From Eledone cirrhosa (taxonomy: Eukaryota), in contig OZ024740.1 of the NCBI GenBank assembly GCA_964016885.1, positions 294,500,001 to 294,564,000 on the forward strand: a stretch of DNA of 64,000 nt, given 5' to 3'. The notes beneath the pieces were generated by a model that ran no database searches, was not told the origin of the DNA, and saw only the letters and a program-made list of their open reading frames with translations. Position 1 is the stretch's first letter. The number at the start of each line of letters is the position of its first letter. The translations under genes were made by a program, and so were the position numbers. Shown here piece after piece: positions 12,627-27,065 of this stretch.

Positions 12627-15600
12627 ATACAATGTATTACTGACTGTTAGAAATACTGAGTTTAGAATACGTACACTGTATCCTTGCATGTTGTAAGAAG
12701 TAACTAAAAGGGTTAGTGCCAGGAAGGGCATCCAATCATAAATCAATTCTTCATTAAGGAGCCCACAGCGAATATGAAGCTTGCAATGGGCCATGCTAGA
12801 TTAACAACTTATTTAGCAGGGAAAATGGCCTTAAAATGCTTGTTGTAGAGATATCTAGATTGTTAGAAATATGTAAATCTTTATTGTGCATTAGTAGCTA
12901 TGAGAAATATATAGTCTTTACCACATATTAGTGACTGTTAGAGAGAGCAATGTAGTCTTTACTCTGGATTTATGACTATGATAAAACTGGGGCCCCTATC
13001 ATTAAAACACCCAAGAAGCCACCAATAAGATACGACTTCACAGGAGGCTGGTGAAATGTGTGCAGGTGTGAACCAAAACAACAAGATAGCTAGTGTTTAC
13101 TATGTATTAGTAAATGTTAAAGATATCTAGTCGTTACGGTGTATTAATAAATGTTGAAAATATCTAGTCTTTACTTAGAGATATGTTTCTTTTTCCATAA
13201 CTAAATATCAGCCTATGTGCTTTCTTTTTCCATAACTAAATATCAGCCTAAGCAAGACCCATAGGTCATTTTTAGCAAAGGGTTATGGGAAAAGAGAAAA
13301 TGGCCTTAATGCCACAAAATCCGTATATATTTCAAATAGCAAATGAAAGGTGGTAATAAAATAATTGATAAAAGACAATAGGAGTAGCAAAATCAGCTTA
13401 TCACCAGCTAGACCATGCCTTTAATTCTGTACTCTATCAAAAATGGATAGTAAATACATGTTTGAACAAACCCATCTAAATATATATGAACAGCACTCAG
13501 TTCTGTACTCTATAAAGAATAGACAGTAAGTAGATATTTGAACAAACCCACCCAAATATATGAACAGCACTCAATTTTGGATTATATCTACCACCCCAAA
13601 ACAGGAACGGTTCATCTTGTGGGCTTTCACACAGTTTCTGTTTACCAAATTTCATTCACAAAGCTTTGGTTGACCCGTAGCTATGGTTGAAGACACTTAA
13701 CCAAGGTACCACGCATTGGAATCAAAATTGAAATCATGTAGTTCCAAAGCAAACATATTAACCACATAGCCATCCATGTGTCAATAAAATACATCCTCAC
13801 TAATAGAAAAAAAAGTAGAATTTTTTATCAGGATGTTGGAATTGAACCTTGCTAAGCCAACAAAGGATTTGAACTCAGAATGTAAAGAGCTAAAACAAAT
13901 ATGTCATTGGCCTTTTATCCGAAACTCTACCAATTCTGCCAATCCTCCATTCCTTATAGATGAGAAATATTAAAAAATAAATCTTGTAGAGAAAATATAT
14001 ATTTTATGTAGTAAATTATTAATTTTAAAAATCACTAAAGAAATTAGGAAAGAGTTTAAAGTCTTGCATAAAACATTTTGTTTTGTTTTTGTTTTGTTTT
14101 GTTTTGTTTTTTTGCTAGATTGTATTGGCAAACAGTTTTAGTTCAAACTTCATAATTTTGAAAAAGTGTTCAGTTGTAACAATTTGCAAAAATACTTCAT
14201 ACCAGTAAAAGAAAGAGAAAAGCAGAACAAAAAAATAAATATCCAAAGAATGAATTATTTAAAGTACAATTATGAAACTCTAGATAAATACTGGAAATGA
14301 AAGATTATGAATGTAGAAAGTGTATATTGCTAGTGCAGATATATATCTTAAATGTTAACCAGTGCTGTCATAATATATTCATGAGGTGTCATTACTTTAT
14401 TAAAATCTTATAGTCAGTTTCAGTGAAAATGTATACCTAAGATATATAAATCAACACCATGAAGTGAAAGAGGGCATTACTTTACTTGCAACATCAAGCC
14501 AACAAGAGAGTCACTTGCTTGACTCTGTGGTGTCATTCAATTTGCAAGAAATAACAAGTGCCATAGAACCAAGGAAATCACTAATTTTTATATAACACAA
14601 TCTAAAATCTAAATTAATTACAAGTAGATTTACATACATCTTATACAATGACTAATTATTTTCTTACATTAAAAGATTTATGCCATATTAAATTGCACAA
14701 TATAATTCAAAGTAAATTAATATTTGGGGTTCCATAAAGTATCCCTTATGAGGGAGATTTTATGGGTCGTATATTTATCATTTGCTCAGTGGCCAGATTA
14801 CTGACTAAATAACAGACTGCAAACCATCCCAGCTAAACTTAGGTACTATATATTCTTCTATTATTTTAACCCTTTTGATACCAACTCATCTCAGACTGCC
14901 CCAGATTCTATGAAAACCACTCATTTTAATGGGTTCCAATATGATTTAATAAAGGTCCTTCCTACTCAGAAAGTCTTCCTTCTCTACCTATGTTTTGTTT
15001 TATTCTGCAGCTCTCAGCTTACATCTGTTCAAGAGCAATGTCCACCAAGGTCTGAGAAGGCCATGGTCATTACTCCTTCCTCCAAACTACATCATTAGGA
15101 GAAAAATCAACCAATCAGCCATTGCAGAATTTTGATGAGTGTGGTTTTTTTATAGGCAGTTATTGGAAACCATTAGCTATAGAATGTTTACGAATGTGAT
15201 GGTTTGTTCACAAATAGAGGAAATAAAATGGGAGTTTGATTCCTTGGTATGTATAATCTGTATTTAGTGCTGTTGAAATGAAAAATACTATTTTATCAAA
15301 TCTTTTTTGAGGAGGAGTGTAGAGAATCTTCATTCTTATACATAGGTGGTGAGACCACTGAAACAAAGTATTTCAATGTAACACTATAAATTATCACCAT
15401 CATCATCATTTAACGCCTATTTTTCCACACTTGCATGGGTTAGACGGGTTGTCATATTATGAGACAAGTCAGGTCTGGTGACCACGTCATGCTCATATGG
15501 ACCTGTATTTTGGCTTGGTTTTTTCAGCTAGATGTCCTTCCTAACAAAGACCACATTACTAAATAGGTCTGTATCCAGCAATACATTGAAATATCTGTCA

Positions 15601-15653
15601 ATTCAGGATTGAGAACTAGAAGAGTTGTAGACTTTCATCCACTTAAGAATAAT

Positions 15654-15869
15654 GGTTTCTTATATAGGCACAAGGCCAGTAATTTGGGGGGAGGGGAAAG
15701 TCGATTAAATCGACCCCAGTGCGTGACTGGTACTTTATTTTATCGACCCCATAAGGATGAAAGGCAAAGTTAACCTCGGGAGGATTTGAGCTCAGATCAT
15801 AAAGAGCCGTAACTCTATGCTGCAAAACAGGGCGTCTGACTCTCTACCAATACTGCCACTCCACCGCCC
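15654..15869 (-). mobile_element. SINE family A (long variant) with 19-bp TSD
   Basis: TSD tcatccacttaagaataat at 15635-15653 and 15870-15888. Confidence 0.9.
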
Positions 15870-16520
15870 TCATCCACTTAAGAATAATAACGGCCAATAG
15901 TATATTGTGGAAAAGTTATCTAAGTTGAGCGATCAAACCATTAAAAAAAATGTCATAAAATCTATGTAACAGACCATGGAGCCTATGAATTAAATTCTGT
16001 CATTTCAAAACAATACTGGCATTGTAACCCCTACAAAGAACACATAGTTCTAATAACTGGAGGATCACAATTTTGACCCACTTAGTAGTCAGTAACATTG
16101 ATGCATTTAAAACCATGCATGTACTCTCAGTCAGAGTATTTATATCAATTAATATCCAAAATAAATCATATGATTGTCGTGTAGATTTAGCAATTGGTAC
16201 CCAAGGAGAATTATGTATAATTTTCCTACACATTTTCATAGGATATATGAATTAATTATGAACACATGTGGTTCTAATTACACCATAGCTGATGAGACAC
16301 AACTATGTTAAAATCACAATTCTTTGGTTATTATACTCAGGCATTGTATGATAACAAGCATCTTCTTCGTCTAACATGCTGCCATGTTAGAACTGCATGT
16401 ACTCAACAAAACCAAGATAACTTCCTCCACTACCATAGATGTGTTGACAACATCATTATGTTCTGACAATGCTTGGGGGAGAGACAGTCATTCTAACAGA
16501 CCACTATCATCGCATTTGTT

Positions 16521-16729
16521 GAAACATTTGACAGAGTCACTATAGAGAAACATTTGACAGAGTCACTATAGAGAAACATTTGACAGAGTCACTATAGAGA
16601 AACATTTGACAGAGTCACTATAGAGAAACATTTGACAGAGTCACTATAGAGAAACATTTGACAGAGTCACTATAGAGAAACATTTGACAGAGTCACTATA
16701 GAGAATCATTTGACAGAGTCACTATAGAG
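16521..16729 (+). repeat. 26-bp tandem repeat x8
   Basis: Unit gaaacatttgacagagtcactataga. Confidence 0.95.
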
Positions 16730-16896
16730 AAAGGTTTCCCAAACTTTTTCAAACGAGGAACCCATTTTGATTCAGAAACTTTTGGGGTAACTCCAAAGTC
16801 TAACACTCTTATATGGTTATAATACAAAGATACTCCTCTATCTCTTTTCATGGAACCCCAGACATTCCTTTGCGGAACCCACTTTGGGAACCACTG
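16730..16896. mobile_element. hAT/Charlie-like MITE with 8-bp TSD
   Basis: ...ggtttcccaaactttttc ... ggaacccactttgggaaccactg; TSD ctatagag / ctgtagag. Confidence 0.75.
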
Positions 16897-17396
16897 CTGT
16901 AGAGTATCATTAAAAAAATGGATATGACACCAAATGTGCTCCAGCTAATAGAAGTTTATTGCCAGAAGAAACAGAAAAGAGGTAAAATGTGATGTTTTGG
17001 GTCTTAACAAGATTAAGTAACAAAAGCTTTGCCTTTCATTCTTTCAGGATCGATTAAATAAAGTACAGTGTTTGATTTAATCAACTTTGCTCTTCCCCAA
17101 AAATCACTGGCCTTGTGCCAAAATTAGAAATCAATATATAAGCATATGTAGTTCATATGTTGATATGGAAAGTTAGGGGGAGAATTGTGTGTGAGACACA
17201 AAAAGAGGAGGAGTTGGTAGAGTTTGCCTCATTGAGAAAGTTCTTGATTTAAAATTACAAGACATAGCACTGATGAGGGTCCCACTGTCGACAACTGATA
17301 TGAGGTGGGAGGAGGGGAGGGAAGAGAGAGAGATTGGGAGAGAAAGAAGGGAAGAGAGATGGGGAGAAAAAAGGAAGAGAGAGATAGGGAGAGAGA

Positions 17397-17596
17397 NNNN
17401 NNNNNNNNNNNNNNNNNNNNNNNNNNNNNNNNNNNNNNNNNNNNNNNNNNNNNNNNNNNNNNNNNNNNNNNNNNNNNNNNNNNNNNNNNNNNNNNNNNNN
17501 NNNNNNNNNNNNNNNNNNNNNNNNNNNNNNNNNNNNNNNNNNNNNNNNNNNNNNNNNNNNNNNNNNNNNNNNNNNNNNNNNNNNNNNNNNNNNNNN
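17397..17596. other. Assembly gap (200 N)
   Basis: Run of N next to a GA-rich repeat. Confidence 1.
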
Positions 17597-18165
17597 GCCT
17601 ACATAAACTATTTAACAGACATATATTATAACAGATATACACAGAATGATCTCCCACCAACATTATACCAAACTACAGCAGTAGAGAGCCACTGAAAATA
17701 GCAAGACTATAAATACATACAATGCATGTAATGAAACAGAAGCAGTTCGCAGAGGTGGGGCAGAAAATATAGAAATATATTTATATCTATAGATGTGTAT
17801 TTAAACAAACTTTTTAATGAATCAATTATAGTCTTTTTAAAATGTCTGCTGTTTATATTGTTAGATTTCTGGGCTATTCACATTAAATAACATACGACTT
17901 TGATATCTACAGATAAAAAGTGAAGTGATAAAACTGATACCATTGAAATAGTTTAAGTCACAATTTTTTTTTTTTTTTTGTATAAAGTAATCTAAAAGAT
18001 TTTAATGAAATTACTACAAAACGTTGAATAATAAATAACAAATGGAACTTTTTCAGTATAAAACAAAAATAATCATTTCATACATTATTTTTCTTTCTTT
18101 GAAAAAGATTCCGTAACACTGAACAATGATTTACCAAATTGTTGGTATATCACAATGTAGCTTAA

Positions 18166-18386
18166 CCCTTTAGCATTTACATTACTTTATATTTATCATT
18201 ATATTTTCATGGTAAACATTTTATTTCACATAATTATCTCACATAATGTCGAATCTATGAGATTTTGATATTATTCATTTTGAGAACAGTACCTTAACAT
18301 CAGTATGAGTGGCCAATTACAGCCAGTTTGAAAAGAAAGAGGTGAGAGAATTCTGGCCGGCTATGGCTGGTTTAAATGCTAAAGGG
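18166..18386. mobile_element. piggyBac-type MITE family 1 (TTAA TSD); a partial third copy lies at ~63910-64000
   Basis: ttaa|ccctttagcattta ... taaatgctaaaggg|ttaa. Confidence 0.9.
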
Positions 18387-19933
18387 TTAAGGCTTCTACT
18401 GCATAGTTAACACACATTACTATACAAGAATGCTAAAAAAAAAAAACATTACAACACATAGACAAATAAAGTAAGAGGTGTGGGAGAATAGAAAATAGCA
18501 TGGAATATCATAATACAACTGTTTAATTTTATCATAAATGAAAAGTCAAACTTGTGAAGGAAAATTGAAAAAAAAAAAAAAAAGTATAAATAAAAAGAAC
18601 ATAATTCTCAATTTCAGTGAAAAAAAGAAAAGAAATTATCATTTAATGGACGAGGAAGGATTTTAAAAAATCAAAATGAAATGTGCCCAGCCCACTCTGT
18701 AAGTGGTAGTGCTGGTGCCACTATAAAATGCACCTATCCTACACTGTAAAGTAGTAGTGTGGGTGCAACAACAAAAAAAGTACACAGTCCACCTTGTAAA
18801 GTGGCAGTGGTGGTGCCCATGAGATAACAAACCTGATACACACTGTGGAAATAGTTGTCATTAGGAAAGGCATCCAGCCATAGAAACCAAACCAAAATGG
18901 AACATATGAGAAGACAGTGTCATCTGACCTGTTTGTGGCCTCAGAAAATGACAACTCTTGCAAGCATAGAAAATAGATGTAAAATGTTGATGATGATGAT
19001 TTAATGAACCTTACATTTAAAATACCAACACAAAATAAATAAACATTCCCACACAGAAAATAATCTTCATTCTATTCTTCTTTTAACAAATAATATATTT
19101 AGTGTTTAAAACCAAGGAATAATATGGTTTATAAGATAATATGGTTGGAATACATTGGCTTGCTCTATAGCAATTTGTTTTACTCCTTAGTCAGGGAGAG
19201 AATGACAGCACCCTTTATTTTTTCAGGGCTTCTGAGACTGGTGAAAAGAAGAGAAGAATTGATCCTCAAATTAGAGACTTGGCCCAAATGCTTGTAACTG
19301 GGTGAACCCTGCCAAAAGTACCTGAAAACCAAGTGGTATCAGGCAAAAGATTAAGTCTACCATCCAGGAAAGTTTGTTTTTTTAACACCAGGGTAGTGTT
19401 AGTTAACTAATAGTTGGGCTGGTTGTCTAATAGTTGGGCTGGTTGTCTAATATTTGGACTGAACAGTTATATATGTGGGCTGGTTGTCCAGTAGTTCAGC
19501 TGGACAGTTATAATATTTGACCAGAAAGCAATAATATAACTCTCAAAGATCACTAATCAACTCTCCAAACTATTTTCTCTTCATCTCATACAATTTAAAG
19601 TCTTGAAAGTTTTTACTAAGATCAAACTGAATTATACTACTACTACTATTACTACCATTGATAGTCAACCTTTTGATACTTACCTGCTTCTTAAATTTAA
19701 TTTGAGATTTACTTAAGACACCTTATAGGTAATTAAACAAGTAAACAGTTCAATATTGCAGGCATGGATCTGTTCAAAGTGTTTGCTTCACAACCACATG
19801 GTTTTTTATTCAGTCCCACTGTGTAGCACTTTGGGCACTTGTCATCTATTATATCCTCAGGTTTATCAATCAAAGCCTTGTGTATGAAGTTTGGTAGATG
19901 GAAACTGCATGGAAGCCCATGATATACAATATA

Positions 19934-19967
<34 letters not shown>

Positions 19968-20157
19968 GCGAGTATAACCAAAGTTGCAGCTGCGAGTAGC
20001 AGGTTCACAATCGATTTTTGGATATATATATATATATATATAGTTTCAGAAGATCCCGTTAAGGGTGAAAGCAGCGATTCTTTGCTTAAACTTTAATCTG
20101 TTATTTTAATAAATATATATATATATATAACACATACATACACATATATATATATAC

Positions 20158-20560
20158 AACTTACCCAACTACACCTCTCAAAGTCAATGACACACGACCG
20201 TGACTTCTGGCGTCACGCAGTAATACAGGGTACCCGACCTCCCATGGGTACATGCTGAAGCATATAAACAATATGCCCCCCCCCCCCCACCGCAAGGTGG
20301 TCGTGGAGGTGCCACGGCAAAAAAGCACCCAGCCCACACTGTAAAGTGGACGTGTAGGCGCCACGAAAAAGCACCCAGCACTCACTGTAAATGAGGTTGG
20401 TGTTAGGAAGGGCATCCAGCTGTAGAAATCAAGCCAGATCAGTTCCTGTATGAGCAAGGCATGGTCAGCCGACCAGACACTGCCCACAACAGGACAACCC
20501 GTCTAACCCATGCTAGCGTGGAAGAACGGACGTAAAACGGTGATGATGATGATGATGATG
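20158..20560 (+). mobile_element. RTE 3' UTR-type element with (GAT)n tail and TSD-like flanks
   Basis: tgttaggaagggcatccagc...cccatgctagcgtggaagaacggacgtaaaacgg(tga)n; atatatataacacatacatacacatatata duplicated at ~20121 and ~20561. Confidence 0.85.
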
Positions 20561-21063
20561 ATATATATAACACATACATACACATATATATATATATATA
20601 TACACACACACATACACATATATATATATACATACATACATACATACATATATACATACATACATACATATATATATACATACATACAAACACGTATATA
20701 TATATATCATGAAAATAAACTACTGGAGTGTTGAGTAGATTGAAATTCTTAGAAAATGTAGAAATCTCAAAATGCAGAAAATAACTGTAACCTCAGTTGA
20801 TTGCTAAGAATAATAGCTAAGAAAATAGGGTAAAATACCCCTATAGATAGAAAAAAGTGGTCAGCAGCTACTACAAAAGATTGAATTTTGTACCTCTCAA
20901 ATTCTGGTTGATACTCTACACCATTAAACTAAACAACTTCTGTCTAAATAGAAAGCTAAATGAATAAAGCAGCCGAATCTGTATGTTAAGTAATCTTCCT
21001 TAGACATGGAAATAAAAAAGGGAATCAATGGCGTTGATAGAACATACTCAGCTTCCTTTTTAA

Positions 21064-21297
21064 CCCTTTAGTTACCAGCCTGGCCAAAACCTGCTCTGGT
21101 TCTATGAAATAAAACCACCCATTTTAAAGGTTCACAATTTAAATCAAAATTTTCCAAAATAATTTTATATAAGAACCTTACATCAAGTTACTAACTATCT
21201 TAGCAATGAAATAATTAATAATTTTAGTAAATCTCTCAAAATTATTAATTAATTAATTAAAATAGAATATTTCATTAGAAACATGGTAACAAAAAGG
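21064..21297. mobile_element. TTAA MITE family 2
   Basis: ttaa|ccctttagttacc ... catggtaacaaaaagg|ttaa. Confidence 0.8.
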
Positions 21298-21321
21298 TTA
21301 ACTGCAAAATATATAGTTGGC

Positions 21322-21498
21322 ATTGTGGGCTCTCTAGCTACAGCATGTCATAACCATGTGGGCCACACTAAAGTAGCTGGTCAGCTAGCTCTATGGTGTA
21401 GGTCTGCTAGATTGTGGGCTCTCTGACTGAAACATGTCATAACCATGTGGGCCACACTAAATTAGCTGGTCAGCTAGCTCTGTGGTGTAGGTTTGCTC
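21322..21498 (+). repeat. ~90-bp tandem duplication
   Basis: attgtgggctctct...catgtcataaccatgtgggccacactaaa...ggtgtagg occurs twice. Confidence 0.9.
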
Positions 21499-23130
21499 AT
21501 GTACACTGAGGAGTTTATTCAACAAACAAATTTAGTTTTGGAAAAATGTAGAGCCAGCATGGCCTCAGCCGGATGGTGGGAACAGGTAAATGAGTAAAAG
21601 AGTTAAATTTTGCTTGCAAATTCTCCCTAATTGTATGTCAGACAATAATAAAAGAGGGTAATTATCTATTTAATTATATCTTTACAGTGTCAAGAACTGG
21701 CTTTAGTGTTAATGGTACAAATGACTATCATTTACAACACTATCATTTACAATAAAATATCCCACCTTAAGTGACCACAAATATAGGTTGTAAAAATCCA
21801 CATGTATTTAGTTCCTAAATAATATTTAGCTTCACTCTTAACAACCTATAAAGATTTTTCAGAAAATATCTAAAAACTGGATTTGTTACTTCAAATACGT
21901 ATAGTGCATTTATTAGATTGTTGTGAAAATTTGCAGTATTAGAATAAAGACTTTAATATTTAATACAATATAATCGTAGTGGTGGTGTTTTATACTTTCC
22001 AAGAATGTCTGGCTAATGTAGTACAGGATGTTACGGGGTTATTCCAAAACTAATCTAAATCTGAACCCTTCTTATTACATATATCATATCCACCTGTATC
22101 AATGACTTCCTTTCAGTTTGCCATCAACTTTAATGACTTTCAAGAATATACCTTGTTACTTGGCTATTTCCCCACTTTCCCTTCAAACACCACAATCCCT
22201 GTTTCACATAATACACTGATAGTGTTCTTCCTCTTTAAACTTAACATCATATTCACTGCTAAAAGAAGTAGCTTTCATGAGACACCCATATCATCTACCG
22301 GTGAAGAATTCAATTCTACTCTCTCAAGGAGATCCAATACCTTTTAAAAAAATACCATACTTAATTCTAAGTACAAACAAGTTTGGCAATGGTTAAGAAG
22401 TTTGCTTTGCAATCATGTGGTTCCGAGTTTGATCCTACTGCATGGCATCTTGGGCAAGCGTCTTCTACTATAGTCTCAGACCAACCAATGTTTTGTGAGT
22501 GAATTTGGTTTGTTGTGTGTATATATACAGCTTAGCAATTCAATGAACATCACCAATATATACCATACTTAAATGAAAGAATGGATTGGCATCCAATCTT
22601 CTTTTCCAACATATTACACCAAGGTCTGAGTTATTCCGTATATTCAATAATTTTAAAGAAAAATAGGGTTAGATCTGATTGCGATTTGGCTGTTATTTCT
22701 AGCAAGTAAACTCAATTTATGATCATTGCTGTGTTGTACATTATCTCTACCTTTTCCAGCCCTATCTATAACTAATCCTACTTATTTTTCTATAAACTTC
22801 ACACTAAATCACTCTGATCAATTAACAAGATCCCAGACTGAGTGGAGTGGACCTCATCAAATTGGACCAAGGAAACAATGTTTCCATTGCTGATATTATC
22901 TACCAGTCGCAACTCCTGGCAGAAGGAGCAACATGAAATAAAGTGTCTTGCTGAAGGACACAAAGCATCAACTGGTCTGAGAATTGAACTCACAACCTCA
23001 CGATTGTGAATCCAACTCTCTAACCACTAAGCCACATGCTTTCACTCTAAATACTAGGCTGGTTTCATTTGGAAGCCCACCACTGTGAAACTTTAGCTCA
23101 CACTTGATGTATTTCTACATGACACAAAGT

Positions 23131-23327
23131 CACCAACTTTTTAAATTTGCAACAACCATCAATTTAACAGACTCACTTCCATCTCTCTGTGGCAATACCC
23201 TCTCACACAACAGTCCAAAGTCCCACATAACACTAAGCCACCAACTTTTTAAATTTGCAACAACCACCAATTTAAGAGACTCACTTCCATCTCTCTGTGG
23301 CAATACCCTCTCACACAACAATCCAAA
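23131..23327 (+). repeat. ~108-bp-period tandem duplication
   Basis: caccaactttttaaatttgcaacaacc...ctctcacacaaca occurs twice. Confidence 0.9.
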
Positions 23328-23809
23328 GAAAAAGGGAAGTGCTGTCTTTGTGAAATTTTGTTAAAATAATATCAAGAACGTTTTTATTTTTTCTCGATAA
23401 GTTAGATTTCATTTCAGTTTTCTTTTATATATACATATATATATATAATATAAATAAAAGAGATAAGCATGTTGGTTTTTAGTGATTTAATGGAAATAAA
23501 AGCAATTCTAAAGTGTTCAACAGTAATTAAATATTCGAAGTATGCTAAAACTGAATTCAACTTTATAAGATGCAAACCACATGCCAAGGAAAATGCTGTG
23601 TGAGTGTGTTTATAGAATATAAATTAGTTAAAGTGTTGCAATAGAATTCTTTGCAAAAATGGTGACAATGTTTTTATTAAAAAGAGCTAAGTATACAGAC
23701 GGGGAGTATTTGGGACAGTTTGTAAAAAAATGAAGAACTCAAGAATATTTAGAAAAGAGATGAAGTGAACAGAAAAAAAACTGCAACATATGGTCATGAA
23801 GGCAGAAAA

Positions 23810-24500
23810 AGAGAAATAGACAGTGTGTGTGTGTGTGTGTGTGTGTCTGTGTCGCTGTGTGTGCATGTGACAGAAAGAGAGAAATAGGCAGTATGTGTGT
23901 GTGTGTGTGTGTGGTGTGTGTCTGTGTTTGCATATGTGATAGAAACAGAGATATAGATAGTGTGTGTGGTGTGTGTGTGGTGTGTGCGTGTGTGTGTGGT
24001 GTGTGTGTATGTGTGTGTATGTGTGTGTGTGGCTGTGTCACTGTGTGTGCATACGTATGTGACAGAAACAGATATAGACAGTGTGTCTGTCTGTCTGTGT
24101 GTGCATATGCGACAAACAGAGAAATAGAGTGTGTGTATGTGTATATGAGTGTGTGTCTGTGTCTCTGTTTGTGCATATGTGACAGAAATAGAGGTAAATA
24201 TAGTGTGTGTGTGTGTGGTGTGTATCTGTCAGTGTGTCTTTGTCAGAGTGTATGTCTGTATCTGTGTCTGTGTATATGTGACAGAAACAGAGGTAAATAG
24301 TGTATGTGTGTGTGTGTGGTGTGTAGCTGTTAGTGTGTCTTTGTCAGAGTGTATGTCTGTTGTTAGTGTGTGTGTGTCTGTGTCTCTGTCTGTGCATGTG
24401 GTGTGTCTATTAGTGTGTCTTTGTCAGAGTGTGTGTCTATTAGTGTATGTGTCAGTGTCTCTGTATGTGTATATATATGACAGAAAGAGATATATACAGA
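23810..24500 (+). repeat. (GT)-rich compound minisatellite with a recurring tgacagaaa(c/g)agag motif
   Basis: Directly visible. Confidence 0.85.
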
Positions 24501-25046
24501 AAATGTAGCCAAATAGACTAAATTCTAATATATTTCAATTTTTTTTTCTACATTTGTTTCAAAAATTTCCTTTTCTCCATTTTACTAAAAGAAAATATAA
24601 TAAAATAAAAAAAATTTCTGCTTGGCTTCTTTTGTGTATGAATTTGATTTCAGAAACAAAAGCTTTAATCTTAAATGTCCAGAAAATGGAAAGGGATTTA
24701 TTTATATTTTAGAAAACTTTTGATTATTCCTGAAAACTACCACTTAAGAAAGTTGAGCCTCAATTGTTTTATACTGCATACAAAGCAGAAATGAATAGAT
24801 TCTTTCTCTTTCACCCTTTCACCATCTATTTCACTCTGTCTCTTTCACTCTTTCTATTTCACTGTCCTTCTTATTCTTTCACTCAGTCCTCACTCTTTCT
24901 TTCATTCTGCTCTTTCACTCTGTTCTTCTTACCTTTTCTGTCAGAGCGCCCCCCCCCCCTCCCCTGCCTCTCTCTCTCTCTCTCCTTCATTCTATATAAT
25001 ACATTCTCTTTTCTTTCTTTCTTTCTTTCTACCATAGTTATTTAAT

Positions 25047-25232
25047 TGTTTCTACTTTAGGCACAAGGCCAGCAATTACCCAGTGTATTACTGGTACTTT
25101 ATTTTATCGACCCTGTAAGGATGAAAGGCAAAGTCAACCTCGGCGGGATTTGAACTCAGATCGTAAAGGGACGTAACTATGCTGGAAAGCATGGCGTCCG
25201 ACTCTCTACCGATACTGCCAATCCACCGCCCT
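25047..25232 (-). mobile_element. SINE family A, young, with 12-bp TSD
   Basis: TSD tagttatttaat at 25035-25046 and 25233-25244; near-identical to 44881-45060. Confidence 0.9.
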
Positions 25233-26787
25233 TAGTTATTTAATGAAACCCAATAATAGTGATTTATAACTTTGGCACCCACCATCTCACAGTTTGCTAA
25301 GGAAGGGGTAAAGTTGATACACAAACAACCCTAACATATTGCCATTAACTTTTTTTATTGACTCTGAAAGAATGGAAGACCAACACAGCCTCAGTGGGAT
25401 TTGAACTCATAAAGTAGAGAGATGTAACTAAATGCTACCAGGCAATTAGTTTACCAAAGAATTGTTTCCATTTCAATGCCTACAGCATTAACTTTCCCTG
25501 AAACAAACCCTTCACTACGCCTCTTACTATATATTTAAAATAGGGACCATATGTTTTAAAACTTAATCTTAAAAATTCCAGAATAGTAACAACTAAAAAT
25601 GTTTAGTAGATGCATTGTATAATCATTGTTTGGCTTATTTCTGAGCCATATAGGAAGAGGAAGAGCTAACTAGCACACGTAAGCAACAACAACAAATCAA
25701 ATAAGCTATTAAATGACACTATATAGTTTATGCTTTAATTTAAATCATAACTAGGAACCAAAAATAGCTGAGTTGATAAAGATAGGAAACAACCAGTGAA
25801 AAAAATAGTAGATAGATCATTTCCTGTTATCCGAGTTTCAAAGGGTTGCCTATGCCCAATATATTTAATTAGCTCTCAAAAGCCCAGTCCACCTAGCTTT
25901 AAGTTGGTACCATATATGGTGTTACAAGTTCACCACTGCATGACAGTATTTCATTGGCTTGAAGGTGCTAGAATTCAGTTCTTGCTGTGGACATGACCAA
26001 AATATTAAGTACCACTGGACACATCCACATACATACCTCAGTGGGCCATGACTATAAATCCTCAGACTCCAAAAAAATATTGTAGAGAATTCAGTTTCTT
26101 TTTTTTAATTCCTATTTATAGAAGCCCATCATTATGAAATATTCCCAAACTAATTTTAACATTTTCTGAACTAAGCAGCACAATACATGTTTGTGAAGAC
26201 ACGTGACTTAGTATTTAGTATGTTTGGCCAAGTATCATATAGGCGTGAGTTTGATTCTTGGCAGCACATTGTGTCCTTCAGCAAGTCAGTTTATTTCATG
26301 TTGCTCCAGTCCACTCAGCTGGAAAAATGAGATAATTGTACCTGTAATACAAAAGGCTATTCTTGTCACAGTGACATGATGAATCAACTTAAGAACTGTT
26401 AAGTGTACATGTGTCTGTGGAATGCTCAGTCACTTGCATATGAATTTCATAGGCAGACTGTTCCATTGTTTTTAAACTACTAAAACACTTGTTGGAACCA
26501 ACAGAGGTCCAACATACAGCACAAGTTTTATCTATCCAACATATCTACTAGATACCCTAAAATATACTATTGAATCATAAAAAAAACAGATCATTTAGTT
26601 GCAATTTTAAATGGAGTGAATACCATTACACTAGTTTTTGTTGTTTATTTTAGGGGGAGGATTAATATAGACATCTTTACTAGGGACATTTAAATCTTTA
26701 TTATGTTCAAACAGCTTAGCTATTAATGATCTACTTCTGGTACTAATACTGTTGCTAATGTTACTACTAGTACTGCTGCTGCTGCTG

Positions 26788-26823
<36 letters not shown>

Positions 26824-26887
26824 TCACCACCACCACCACCACTATTACTATATTTTATATTCTGACAGTAGAAAGCAGTACGATAAT

Positions 26888-27065
26888 AATTGTTTCTACT
26901 TTAGGCACAAGGCCAACAATTTGAGGGGATGGGGAAAGTTGATTAAATTGACTCCAGTGCATTACTGATACTTTATTTTATCGACCCCCGTAAGGGTGAA
27001 AGGCAAAGCTAACTTCGGCGGGATTTGAACTCAGAACATAAAGAGCCGTAACTCTATCCTGCAAA
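26888..27065 (-). mobile_element. SINE family A. Further degenerate copies at ~2020-2160, 25265-25440, 27885-28095, 28460-28590, 52335-52542 and 52718-52930
   Basis: Shared aattgtttctact...tttatcgacccc...aaggcaaag...gggatttgaactcag. Confidence 0.8.

Noticed and set aside
16521-16729. CRISPR-like 26-bp repeat
   Set aside because: No spacers; it is a simple tandem repeat
17229-17695. ORFs spanning 17.2-17.7 kb
   Set aside because: They run through the N gap
19217-19305. Plus-strand exon candidate (ttttttcag then ASETGEKKRRIDPQIRDLAQMLVTG*)
   Set aside because: Short, with no recognisable homology and no partner exons; expected by chance
23739-24508. Cys/Val-rich and His/Thr-rich ORFs
   Set aside because: Translations of (GT)n repeats
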